A stretch of 64,000 bases of DNA from an uncultured Actinomycetes bacterium (GTDB lineage: Bacteria > Actinomycetota > UBA4738 > HRBIN12): positions 15,588-79,587 of the forward strand of contig CAVPIB010000019.1 in assembly GCA_963704885.1 (NCBI GenBank), read 5' to 3'. The position numbers were made by a program, and so were the translations under genes. Of the stretch, positions 49,986 through 59,099 are shown piece by piece (the stretch's first letter is position 1; each line of letters starts with the position of its first letter). A model generated the notes under the pieces. The model worked only from the letters and a program-made list of their open reading frames with translations. It had not been told where the DNA came from and did no database searches.

Positions 49986-52187
49986 ATGAACCATGAACCA
50001 CCGGTTACGACGGATGCCGCCGTGACCCGAACCACCGCCCGTCCGTCAACGACGGGCGACTCCGGGTCGGACCCCGGATCCGGCTCTTCCACTCCGGCCT
50101 CGGCTACCGGGGCCACGGGAACCGGCGCCCCGAAGCGCCGCCGCAGCCGCGGAGGACGTGGCCGCGGCGGCCGCGGCGGCGGCGGCGCAGCGTCCTCGTC
50201 GACGAAGGCCGCTTCGACGACCGATACCGACGCTGCACCCTCCGAAACGCCTTCCCAGAAGTCCTCCGGTCGGCGGCCCGCGGGCGAGACGTCCGGGGAC
50301 CAAGGATCCTCAGCAGCGAAGTCCACCGCCGCCAGAACCAGGTCCAGGTCGTCGACCCCTAAGTCCACGGCGCCCACCAAGAAGTCCACCGCAACGGCGA
50401 AGAGCGCCGCCGCCAAGGCTCCAGCTCGGTCGCGACCCAGGGCCGAGGAGCAAGAGGGACCGCTCGCCACCACGGCGACCGACGGCGAAGCCGTCACCGC
50501 CGCGCCCGCCAAGCGCCGACGCAGCCGAGGAGGCCGCGGACGCTCGCGAGCCGGGTCGGGATCCAAGCCCACGGGCACCAAGGCGGCGAGCGACCCTGGT
50601 TCTCAGGCCGCCGCCGACGAAGCTCCGCGAGACTCGACCCCCGACACCCAGCGTGAAGACGCCCTGCCCGATGTCGGACAGGCCGAGACCGGTAGCACCG
50701 GTACGCGTCCGCGCAGTCGTCGTGGCCGCCGGGGATCCGGCGCCACGAAGAAGGCCGCGGCCGACACCGACACCGCAACCGCAACCGTCGAGGCGCCCGC
50801 TGAGAAGTCTCGCGGTCGGTCCCGCACGGCTGAGGAGCGGGTCGCCGCAGGCGGGCCCACCCGCGGCCTGCGGTCCAGCCGTTCCCGGACCGGGCGCGTA
50901 GGCGGTCGCCGGCGTCGTGAAGACACCGTCCTCCCGCCGCGCATCACCGACAAGATCATGGTCATCACCGAGCACGGCGATCGCGATCAGATCGCGGTGC
51001 TCGAGGAGGATGCCCTGGTCCAGCACTACGTGACCCGAACCGGCGCCACGTCGATGGTGGGCAACGTGTACATGGCCCGTGTGCAGAACGTCCTGCCCGG
51101 TATGGAGGCGGCGTTCCTAGACATCGGCCGAGGTCGCAACGGGGTCCTTTACGCCGGCGAGGTGAACTACTCGCCCGAGGACCTGGAGGGTCCGGCGCCT
51201 CGCATCGAGCACGTGCTCAAGAACGGTCAGGCGGTCATGGTTCAGGTCACCAAAGACCCCATGGGGGGCAAGGGCGCGCGCCTGACGGCGCAGATCTCCA
51301 TGCCCGGGCGCTACCTGGTATTCGTGCCTAACGCCAACGTGTCGGGCATCAGCCGTCGCCTCCCCGACGAAGAGCGCAAACGTCTGAAGGCCATCATGAA
51401 GAAGGTCCGTCCCGACGGCCACGGCGTGATCGTTCGCACGGCGGCGGAGGGCGCGAGCGAGGAGAACCTCACAGCCGACCTGCAACGTCTGGTGCACGAG
51501 TGGGACGACATCCAGAAGCGTTCGAAGAAGGTGAAGGCGCCCGCGGGCCTGTACGAGGAGCCCGAGCTCACGGTTCGCGTGGTGCGAGACCTGTTCACCG
51601 ACGAAGAGTTCAAGGAGCTCGTGACCGACTCGCCGCGAGTCCACGAGAAAGTCATGGCATACGTGCGCGACATCGCGCCCGACCTGGAGCCCAAGGTCCA
51701 CCTGCACCAGGGGAAGCTGCCGGTCTTCGAGGAGTACCGCGTGGTCGAGCAGATCCACAAGGCGCTCGACAAGAAGGTCTGGCTGCCCTCGGGTGGCTAC
51801 CTGTTCATCGAACGCACGGAGGCCATGACGATCGTCGACGTCAACACCGGCAAGAGCGTCGGCAAGACCAACCTGGAGGCGACCGTCGCCAACACCAACC
51901 TCGAGGCCGCCAAGGAAACCGCGCGCCAGCTGCGCCTGCGCGACATCGGCGGCATCATCGTGATCGACTTCATCGATATGCTGCTCGAGAAGAACAAGAA
52001 GCAGGTCGAGGACACCATGAAGGAGGCCCTGGCCATAGACAAGACCAGGTCCCAGGTCTTCGAGATCGGACCGCTCGGGCTGATGCAGGTAACACGTAAG
52101 CGAGTGTCGGGCGGTCTTGTTGAGTCCTTCTCGGAGACTTGCCCCACGTGCGAAGGCCGGGGCATCCTCGTCAACTACGACGCATGA
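49986..52187 (+). CDS. rne: Ribonuclease E/G family with long disordered N-terminus
   Basis: VGNVY, PGMEAAF S1 domain, DVNTG, RLRDIGG, CPTCEG. Confidence 0.96.
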   Translation: MNHEPPVTTDAAVTRTTARPSTTGDSGSDPGSGSSTPASATGATGTGAPKRRRSRGGRGRGGRGGGGAASSSTKAASTTDTDAAPSETPSQKSSGRRPAGETSGDQGSSAAKSTAARTRSRSSTPKSTAPTKKSTATAKSAAAKAPARSRPRAEEQEGPLATTATDGEAVTAAPAKRRRSRGGRGRSRAGSGSKPTGTKAASDPGSQAAADEAPRDSTPDTQREDALPDVGQAETGSTGTRPRSRRGRRGSGATKKAAADTDTATATVEAPAEKSRGRSRTAEERVAAGGPTRGLRSSRSRTGRVGGRRRREDTVLPPRITDKIMVITEHGDRDQIAVLEEDALVQHYVTRTGATSMVGNVYMARVQNVLPGMEAAFLDIGRGRNGVLYAGEVNYSPEDLEGPAPRIEHVLKNGQAVMVQVTKDPMGGKGARLTAQISMPGRYLVFVPNANVSGISRRLPDEERKRLKAIMKKVRPDGHGVIVRTAAEGASEENLTADLQRLVHEWDDIQKRSKKVKAPAGLYEEPELTVRVVRDLFTDEEFKELVTDSPRVHEKVMAYVRDIAPDLEPKVHLHQGKLPVFEEYRVVEQIHKALDKKVWLPSGGYLFIERTEAMTIVDVNTGKSVGKTNLEATVANTNLEAAKETARQLRLRDIGGIIVIDFIDMLLEKNKKQVEDTMKEALAIDKTRSQVFEIGPLGLMQVTRKRVSGGLVESFSETCPTCEGRGILVNYDA

Positions 52188-52203
52188 GCTTGGAGGCAGG
52201 ACC

Positions 52204-52617
52204 ATGTATGCGGTGATCAAGACGGGTGGCAAGCAGCAGAAGGTTAAGACAGGCGACGTCATCGAGGTCGAGAAGATCGTCCACGACGGTGAGACCGTGA
52301 CCTTCCATCCCATCCTTGTGGTGGATGACGACGGCAAGACCCATGTGGGCGCCGAGGCCGCCAAGGCGGTCGTGACCGCGAAGCCCCTCGGCGAGAAGAA
52401 GGGCGAGAAGATCAAGATCTTCAAGTACCGACCCAAGAGCGGGTACGCCAGGCGCAGCGGACACCGTCAACTGCTGACCATGCTGGAGATCTCAGATGTG
52501 AAGCTGGGCGCTGCACCCAAGCGGACGACGAAGGCGAAGGCCGAAGTGGAGGCCCCCGCCGAGGCTCCCGAAGCGTCCGTCGAGGTCGCGGCGGAAGCCG
52601 AGACGCCTGCCGAGTAG
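52204..52617 (+). CDS. rplU: 50S ribosomal protein L21
   Basis: MYAVIKTGGKQ, GHRQ. Confidence 0.98.
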   Translation: MYAVIKTGGKQQKVKTGDVIEVEKIVHDGETVTFHPILVVDDDGKTHVGAEAAKAVVTAKPLGEKKGEKIKIFKYRPKSGYARRSGHRQLLTMLEISDVKLGAAPKRTTKAKAEVEAPAEAPEASVEVAAEAETPAE

Positions 52618-52639
52618 CGGCTGGTAGCCTTGAGTACCT

Positions 52640-52894
52640 ATGGCACACAAGAAGGGCGGCGGCTCGTCCCGAAACGGCCGCGACTCCAACTCCCATCGCC
52701 TCGGCGTGAAGGTGTACGGCGGGCAGAACGTGCCCGCCGGCTCCATCATCGTCCGTCAGCGCGGAACTCGGATCCACCCGGGCGACGGCGTCGGCAAGGG
52801 GAGCGACGACACGCTCTTCGCCCTGCGGCCCGGCGTCGTGGAGTTCCACGATTCGCGCGGCCGCAAGTTCGCTCGAGTTCTGGCGGCTGAGTAG
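52640..52894 (+). CDS. rpmA: 50S ribosomal protein L27
   Basis: [16 protein letters not shown]. Confidence 0.99.
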   Translation: MAHKKGGGSSRNGRDSNSHRLGVKVYGGQNVPAGSIIVRQRGTRIHPGDGVGKGSDDTLFALRPGVVEFHDSRGRKFARVLAAE

Positions 52895-52898
52895 CCCA

Positions 52899-53357
52899 CT
52901 ACCCGGTGTCGAGCCGGGCGCCGATCTCCGCCACCCACGAGTCGATCACCGTCTTCTGACTCGCGTTCATCGTGGTCAGGTAGCCGATGTTCGTTCGCAT
53001 GTGCCGCCGCTTTGACGTCCGGCGGAGGGCCCCCAACGTTCCCATCGGCCGCGAGCCGAGTCCGGAGCCGGGAAGCGATGCGGTCCCGGGTTCGGGCGTA
53101 CGCAGCGGTGGCGGTTGGGAGAAGTAGAACGCCGTGCGCCGAGGGCCCGAATCCGTCCGATCGACCAGCATCAGGATCGGCGACCCGCGGACCCGCTTGG
53201 GCTTACGCAGTTCGGCGAGCGGGAAGCTGGTCTGGGCGCTCGAACGGGAGTCGGTGAACACGACGGCCTCGTCACCAAGCATCAGCGTTCCGGGGATCTC
53301 TGTGCTGCCCTGTCCGCGGTCCAGGCGAACCATCCATACGGTCACCTCATCCGGCAT
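52899..53357 (-). CDS. Hypothetical protein (PH-like N-terminus possible)
   Basis: Fills the rpmA-obgE gap on the opposite strand; CAAGAT 6 nt before ATG. Confidence 0.6.
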   Translation of the reverse strand: MPDEVTVWMVRLDRGQGSTEIPGTLMLGDEAVVFTDSRSSAQTSFPLAELRKPKRVRGSPILMLVDRTDSGPRRTAFYFSQPPPLRTPEPGTASLPGSGLGSRPMGTLGALRRTSKRRHMRTNIGYLTTMNASQKTVIDSWVAEIGARLDTG

Positions 53358-53408
53358 GCGCACATCTTGCCCCGACGGCTCCCGAACGACCACCTAAGCT
53401 GAGGCGCG

Positions 53409-54662
53409 ATGGCGTTCGTGGATGAAACGACGGTGTACGTGCGGGCGGGCCGGGGAGGAGACGGCGCGGCGTCGCTTCACAGTGAGCCCTACAAGCCGCA
53501 CGGAGGGCCCGATGGCGGGAACGGCGGCCCCGGCGGGTCGGTCGTCTTCGAGGTGTCGCGCGGGACACACGACCTCTCGTGGCTGGCGGACCACCCTCAT
53601 CAGCGAGCCGATGCCGGCGGATCTGGGCGGAGCGCGAACCGCGGCGGAGCCACCGGCAAGGACCTGGTCGTTCCGGTCCCCGACGGGACGGTGGTCTCAG
53701 ATGACGACGGGCCCTTGGCGGACCTCGTCGGCGAGGGCGCCCGTGCCGTGGTGGCCCTTGGCGGCCGGGGAGGACGGGGCAACGCGTCACTCGCGAGCAC
53801 ACGCAACCGCGTGCCCCGAGTCGCGGAGCCCGGCGAGGACGGCGAGGAGAGGCGCCTCGCGGTCGAGCTTCGCACGGTGGCCGACGTGGGCCTCGTTGGC
53901 CTGCCGAACGCAGGTAAGTCCACCCTGCTCTCCCGCCTATCGGCCGCCAAGCCTAAGATCGCGAACTACCCGTTCACCACCCTCACTCCCAACCTCGGCG
54001 TGGCCGGCTCGGACTCCGATCGGTTCGTGGTTGCGGACATCCCCGGTCTGGTGGAGGGGGCGAGCGAGGGTCGCGGACTCGGGCACCGGTTCCTGCGACA
54101 CATATTGCGCTGCCGCGCGTTGGTGCTCGTCGTTGACCTGGCCGCTGAAGATCCGATCGGCGATCTGTCCACGCTTCGCGATGAGCTGGCCGCCTACGAC
54201 CCCGATCTTGTCGTTCGGCCCTCGATCGTGGTCGGGACCAAGGCGGACCTGGTGGATGATGCGTCAACCCTCGAGCCCGGCGCCCTGGTCGTATCCGGCG
54301 AGACCGGACAGGGTTTGGACGATCTTCTGGGTCGGCTCGCAGTTCTCACCAAGGAGGCCGAGGAGGCGGAGCCGGAGCGGACGCCGTTCGTTGTCCTTCG
54401 GCCCGGCCGCCCCCGATTCACGGTCGAGCGTGATGGCAGACGTTGGCGTGTGAAGGGGCAGGCGGTTGAGCGCTGGATCCTTGAGACCGACATGGATGAT
54501 GAAAGCCAGTTGGTCAAACTCCAGAAGCGCCTGGTGAAGGAGGGCATCGAGCGTCGGCTCATCGAGCTCGGCGCCCGGCGGGGCGAGGAGGTCACGATCC
54601 GGGACAAGGTCTTCGAGTTCCTGCCTGGTGACCAGATCCAGGAGGGTGACCATGGACGCTGA
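53409..54662 (+). CDS. obgE: GTPase ObgE/CgtA
   Basis: Gly-rich Obg fold, GLPNAGKST, YPFTT, DIPG, C-terminal OCT domain. Confidence 0.97.
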   Translation: MAFVDETTVYVRAGRGGDGAASLHSEPYKPHGGPDGGNGGPGGSVVFEVSRGTHDLSWLADHPHQRADAGGSGRSANRGGATGKDLVVPVPDGTVVSDDDGPLADLVGEGARAVVALGGRGGRGNASLASTRNRVPRVAEPGEDGEERRLAVELRTVADVGLVGLPNAGKSTLLSRLSAAKPKIANYPFTTLTPNLGVAGSDSDRFVVADIPGLVEGASEGRGLGHRFLRHILRCRALVLVVDLAAEDPIGDLSTLRDELAAYDPDLVVRPSIVVGTKADLVDDASTLEPGALVVSGETGQGLDDLLGRLAVLTKEAEEAEPERTPFVVLRPGRPRFTVERDGRRWRVKGQAVERWILETDMDDESQLVKLQKRLVKEGIERRLIELGARRGEEVTIRDKVFEFLPGDQIQEGDHGR

Positions 54663-55104
54663 ACGACTGGTGGCCGAAGAAGAAGCGGGGTGGAGTGAGC
54701 TCCACGACGTCTTCGGGTCTGTGTCGCCCGAGCGCTTCGAAGAGCCGACCTTGACCGAGGAGGGTTGGTCTGCCAAGGACGCGATGTTCCACGTGAGCGG
54801 GTGGCTTTCCGAGGCCGGACTCCGCCTGGAGCAGATGCGCGCCGGCACGTTCGATCCGGATTCCGATCCTGATCGCGACGCCATCGAGGCGATCAACCGC
54901 GTGTGGTTCGAGTCGTCGCGCCGGATGGATGGCACCGACGTGCGTGAGGCGATCGAGTCCGCGCGCGCCCGCATGCTGCACGCGTGGTCCGAGCTAACCG
55001 AGAAGACCCCGGATGCGTGGACGTGGTTCGACGAGTCCGGGCCGCGACACTATGCCGAGCACGTGAAGGACCTGCGTGCATGGATCGGGCAGGGTGGGCC
55101 GTAG
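54652..55104 (+). CDS. DinB/ClbS-DfsB-like four-helix bundle protein
   Basis: WSAKD..FH, HYAEH motifs. Confidence 0.75.
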   Translation: MDAERLVAEEEAGWSELHDVFGSVSPERFEEPTLTEEGWSAKDAMFHVSGWLSEAGLRLEQMRAGTFDPDSDPDRDAIEAINRVWFESSRRMDGTDVREAIESARARMLHAWSELTEKTPDAWTWFDESGPRHYAEHVKDLRAWIGQGGP

Positions 55105-55114
55105 GATAGGCGGC

Positions 55115-55711
55115 GTGGGAACACGCCTTGGGGTCATGGGCGGCACCTTCGACCCCATCCACTACGGTCACCTGGTCACCGCCGAGGAGGCTCTCGTGCA
55201 GTTCGAGCTGGACTCGGTGTTGTTCGTGCCTACCGGCGTGCCGTGGATGAAAGAGCACGAGGTCGTCTCGCCGGCCGAGGATCGCTACCTCATGACCGTG
55301 ATCGCCACGGCCAGCAACCCGCTGTTCGAGGTATCACGGATGGAGATAGACCGCGATGGCCCGACGTACACGGTGGACACGCTCCGAGGTTTGAAGGAGA
55401 TCCACGGCGCCCAGACCGACCTCTTCTTCATCACCGGTGCGGATGCGATCGTGGAGCTGCTGGCCTGGAAGGACCACCAGGAGCTGTTCGGTCTGGCGCA
55501 TTTCATCGCGGCCACGCGGCCGGGATACGACATCGTTGCGTTCGAGGGACAGGAGCCGGATAGCCGTCCGGAGATCACCGTCATGAACATCCCGGCGCTC
55601 GCGATCAGCTCCACCGACATCCGCGCGCGCGTAGCCGCCGGACGCCCGATCCGCTACCTGGTCCCCGAGGGCGTGAAGAGCTACGTGGAGAAGGCGGGGA
55701 TCTACCGGTGA
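55115..55711 (+). CDS. nadD: Nicotinate-nucleotide adenylyltransferase
   Basis: [30 protein letters not shown]. Confidence 0.98.
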   Translation: MGTRLGVMGGTFDPIHYGHLVTAEEALVQFELDSVLFVPTGVPWMKEHEVVSPAEDRYLMTVIATASNPLFEVSRMEIDRDGPTYTVDTLRGLKEIHGAQTDLFFITGADAIVELLAWKDHQELFGLAHFIAATRPGYDIVAFEGQEPDSRPEITVMNIPALAISSTDIRARVAAGRPIRYLVPEGVKSYVEKAGIYR

Positions 55712-56805
55712 GCTCCGAGGATCCGCAGGCGCCGCGGCCGCGCGCGTCGCGCCTGCGACGTCACAGGCATGTCCGTCGCCGCCGCTCGATCGAGCTCCTG
55801 GTCGCCGTCATCGTCGTGATGCTCGGCGTCGGGTACGCATACACGCAGATCAGCGATGAGGATCGAGCAGGTGCCGCCGACGACGGCTCCCCATCCCCGA
55901 CGCAGAAGGCTCCGTCGTTGCTCGCGATCGGGGTCACGGGGGCGCCCAAGCCACTCCTGGCCGTCATAGGAACGGCCGGGAGCCCTCCCGCGGCGATGGG
56001 GTTCCCCCAAGGATTGACCCTGGAGGTTCCCGGTGCCGGCGAGTTGTCGACACGACAGGTAGCCGCGTTGCCGGGTCCCGGTCTGCAGGTCGCGCTCTCC
56101 AACGTGGTGGGGGCTTGGGCCGAGCACTACGCGCTCATTGACCTGGAACACCTGGCACCGCTGATCGATCGCGCCGGGGGTTTGCGTGTGCAACTGCCAG
56201 ATCCGGTCACGATCGACGACGCGGTGTTGGGGCCGGGCGCGGTCACCATGACGGGCGCGCAGGTGGCCGCCTTCTTGGGTGCAGAGGGCCAGAACACCTA
56301 CACGCGCTGGGAGATCGTGCTGACCGCGCTGCTGCGGACGCCGCCGACGTTCGAGGCGGGCGACCTGACCGATACCGACGATCTGGCGGGGGTGCAGGCG
56401 ACGTTCGACGGAGCTCAAGGGGGCCGACTGGAGACGCTCCCGGTGAAGGTGGCCGCGGCCACGATCCGCGTCCCCGATTACGAGGAGCTGGACGTACTGA
56501 TGGCGGATCGTTTCGGCGTCAAGCGGACGCCTGTGCCCGTGATCGTTCAGAACGCGGTGGGCGCCGCGGGGATCGGCGAGGAGGTCGGGCGCCTGTTGAT
56601 CCCTCGCGGGTTCCGCGTGACGCTATCGCAAAACGCTGTGGAGTTCGGGGACAAGCTCACGCAGATCATCGCGCTGGGCGAGGATCACCTGAACGAGGCG
56701 CGCCGGGTGCGCGCGGCGTTGGGTGTGGGCCGCATCGCGGTGTCCCAGGTAGCATCGGGCATCGGAGACGTACAGATAGTGGTGGGGAAGGACTTCACGG
56801 GTTGA
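55708..56805 (+). CDS. LCP/LytR-like membrane protein with LytR C-terminal domain (degenerate)
   Basis: TM anchor, [11 protein letters not shown]-terminal VIVQNA.G...[10 protein letters not shown]. Confidence 0.75.
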   Translation: MSSEDPQAPRPRASRLRRHRHVRRRRSIELLVAVIVVMLGVGYAYTQISDEDRAGAADDGSPSPTQKAPSLLAIGVTGAPKPLLAVIGTAGSPPAAMGFPQGLTLEVPGAGELSTRQVAALPGPGLQVALSNVVGAWAEHYALIDLEHLAPLIDRAGGLRVQLPDPVTIDDAVLGPGAVTMTGAQVAAFLGAEGQNTYTRWEIVLTALLRTPPTFEAGDLTDTDDLAGVQATFDGAQGGRLETLPVKVAAATIRVPDYEELDVLMADRFGVKRTPVPVIVQNAVGAAGIGEEVGRLLIPRGFRVTLSQNAVEFGDKLTQIIALGEDHLNEARRVRAALGVGRIAVSQVASGIGDVQIVVGKDFTG

Positions 56806-57215
56806 CGGGAAGCGAGAGGGCGGCGACCGGACGCGCGCACCGAGGCGTGCCCACGGGCCGCGAGATGGCCATCACGGCCGCCCGAGCCGCAGCCGCCAAG
56901 CAGGCCACCGACATCGTCGTCCTGGATGTGCACGAGGTCATCGTGATCACGGACGTCTTCTTGATCTGCTCGACGTCGACGCATCGGCAGGTGAAGACGG
57001 TTATCGAGGCTGTAGAGGACGCGCTCCGCGCGTTGGGAGAGAAACCGGTCCGTCGTGAGGGCGAGCCCGAGGGTGGCTGGTGGCTCTTGGACTACATCGA
57101 TCTGGTGGTGCACGTCTTCGGCCAAGAAGAGCGTGAGTACTACGACCTGGAGCGCCTATGGAAGGACGCTCCGAGGGTTGAGTGGCAAGACGCCGAGACA
57201 GTGTCCTCCGGGTAG
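56802..57215 (+). CDS. rsfS: Ribosome silencing factor
   Basis: KQATDIVVLDV, RREG, WWLLDY, REYYDLERLW. Confidence 0.96.
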   Translation: MTGSERAATGRAHRGVPTGREMAITAARAAAAKQATDIVVLDVHEVIVITDVFLICSTSTHRQVKTVIEAVEDALRALGEKPVRREGEPEGGWWLLDYIDLVVHVFGQEEREYYDLERLWKDAPRVEWQDAETVSSG

Positions 57216-57230
57216 ACTCGGTCACCCTGA

Positions 57231-57303
57231 GGGCCCATAGCTCAGCTGGTAGAGCGCTTGGCTGGCAGCCAAGAGGTCCGGGGTTCGAATCCCCGTGGGT
57301 CCA
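57231..57303 (+). tRNA. tRNA-Ala(GGC)
   Basis: GGGCCCA acceptor with G3:U70, anticodon loop CTGGCAG; TAGACT upstream. Confidence 0.96.
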
Positions 57304-57613
57304 CCGCAACACCGCAGGTCAGAGGCGGTACAGGCACCGAGCACGCGCGACGGTCCGCGAAGAAGGGCACGAAACGGGCAAGAGAGAGCCGCAGAGCTCT
57401 CCGACGCCCCCCAGGCAAGCTCAACCCTGAGAACGGCTCCTGAGCCCTCTCAGCGCCCCGGAACGCGCAACCTCGTCGCGTGGAGCCTCAGCCCATTCTC
57501 AGGGCGCTCCGCCGATCCATCAGGCCGGATTCAACTCCCCCCGTCGTTCGCCCGATACTGTTTGCGCAGGTCAGTATCCGAATAGGCATATAGGAGTGGG
57601 TGCCTTACGCTGG

Positions 57614-57647
57614 TTGACACGGGGTTTGGCGCCGTGCCTAACTAGGC
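57614..57647 (+). promoter_or_regulatory. Candidate promoter/operator of TA-like operon
   Basis: TTGACA at 57614-57619; palindrome GCCTA-AC-TAGGC at 57636-57647 over the -10 region. Confidence 0.5.
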
Positions 57648-57675
57648 GGGGCCCCGGGCAACGAGGAGGACAGGA

Positions 57676-57912
57676 ATGCGAACCCATACGTACGAGCGGA
57701 ACCGTGACGGCGTCATCGAGCCGAGCGGCAGCGTGCGTTGGGAAGGCCCCCGCGTGACGAGTGGCGCCTCGCGGCACTTCGGTTGGGAACTCGCCTCGCG
57801 GATCGAAATCGTCCAGAGCGCGGAGGCAACTGGCACGCCATTGGAGCCTGGCCGTGCGGGTCGCGAGGCGATCCACGACTTCGGCGAGGCCCTCGATAGG
57901 CTCGCCGAGTAG
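57676..57912 (+). CDS. Putative antitoxin for Doc-family toxin
   Basis: RBS GAGGAGG; 78 aa; C-terminal helix EAIHDFGEALDRLAE resembles Doc-neutralising tails; directly upstream of Fic gene. Confidence 0.6.
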   Translation: MRTHTYERNRDGVIEPSGSVRWEGPRVTSGASRHFGWELASRIEIVQSAEATGTPLEPGRAGREAIHDFGEALDRLAE

Positions 57913-57913
57913 C

Positions 57914-58360
57914 GCGACCAACTACCTCGACTTCCAACGGGCCGCGCTTGAGATCGGCGAAGCACGTCTGGAGGCTGAGCGGATTGGTCAGCCGCGACGT
58001 GCGCCGCCGGTCCCTCTAGAAGACTGCGAACGCTCGACCATCGAATCCGCCCTCGCAGCTCCCAGGCACACCGCCGGTGGTCTGGACCTCCACGAGACTC
58101 TCCCCGCCAAGGCTGCCGCGCTGACCTACGCCTTGGCCCGAAGCCAGGCGTGTATCGACGGGAACAAACGCATCGCGCTGATCCTGCTGACGGTGTTCGC
58201 CAGGATGAACGGCCACAAGCTCGTGGCAACCAACGCCGAGGCGGAGGAGATCATCAGGAGGGTGGCCGCAGCCGATCCGTCTAGGCGGGTGCATGACCAG
58301 CGCATGCTGACCGCGTGGCTCGACGAACACCTCGAAAGGGAGGGGATCGATGAACCTTGA
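57914..58360 (+). CDS. Fic/Doc family protein with variant motif SQACIDGNKR
   Basis: IESALAAP, KAAAL, DGNKR, F..MNG Doc features; start codon unclear. Confidence 0.82.
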   Translation, partial: ATNYLDFQRAALEIGEARLEAERIGQPRRAPPVPLEDCERSTIESALAAPRHTAGGLDLHETLPAKAAALTYALARSQACIDGNKRIALILLTVFARMNGHKLVATNAEAEEIIRRVAAADPSRRVHDQRMLTAWLDEHLEREGIDEP

Positions 58361-58775
58361 GTGGATGCTCCTCGCCAACCATGCCGAGGACCAGGGGGGG
58401 CTGCTCTACCTGTCGGGAGCCACCTGGGACACAGTGACCGTCGGGGCGCCGACGCCGGCAGAGCTCCCAGACATTGTCGCCCTGTTCCAGGGTTACCTCG
58501 TGATTAGGTTGCTCTTCCACCCCACCGAGACTGGTCGGGAGCACACCTTCCAGGTCACCGTTATCGACGAGGACGGCCACGAGCTACAGACGTTTCGGGG
58601 GTCATTGCCGGTCGAGCGAAACGACAAGCTACTCCCCGGTTGGGATCAAGGCGTCCACATCATCCTTGGGCTCAACGGCATGCCGCTACCGCACTTCGGC
58701 AACTACGAGTTCAGCCTTCAGGTGGACGGTCAACACCTGGGGGATCGTCCGTTCCGGGTCGTGCGAGGTTACTAG
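58350..58775 (+). CDS. DUF6941-like protein
   Basis: MLLANHAE..GLLYLSGATWD...PLPHFGNYEF.L.VDG pattern; overlaps Doc stop by 11 nt. Confidence 0.72.
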   Translation: MNLEWMLLANHAEDQGGLLYLSGATWDTVTVGAPTPAELPDIVALFQGYLVIRLLFHPTETGREHTFQVTVIDEDGHELQTFRGSLPVERNDKLLPGWDQGVHIILGLNGMPLPHFGNYEFSLQVDGQHLGDRPFRVVRGY

Positions 58776-58802
58776 GGCTCACCCGCACGCGGGTCGGCGC
58801 CG

Positions 58803-59012
58803 TCACCCGTCCGGCTCCGGCCACTCGTGGAAGTACAAGGCCAGATAGCCGGCGAGCGCGCGATCGCCCTTCGCGACCACGGCCGCATCGGGGTTGCACG
58901 CCGCGAGCGGGAGACCCGCCCTCTTTTCGACGGTCGCCATCCCGGGTGGCACCCCAATCGGAATCTTCAACGCGAAAGTGTGCGGTGCGCTTGCCCGTAC
59001 TCGTCTTTCCAT
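58803..59012 (-). CDS. Small hypothetical protein (69 aa)
   Basis: Strong RBS AAGGAGGAGGGAG before ATG. Confidence 0.45.
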   Translation of the reverse strand: MERRVRASAPHTFALKIPIGVPPGMATVEKRAGLPLAACNPDAAVVAKGDRALAGYLALYFHEWPEPDG

Positions 59013-59099
59013 CCGGGACTCCCTCCTCCTTAGCCCAGCCTGTTCACAACCAACCGCAAGAGGCTTAGCGTTGGGCGATTCATTGCGCGAGGGGGCAGA

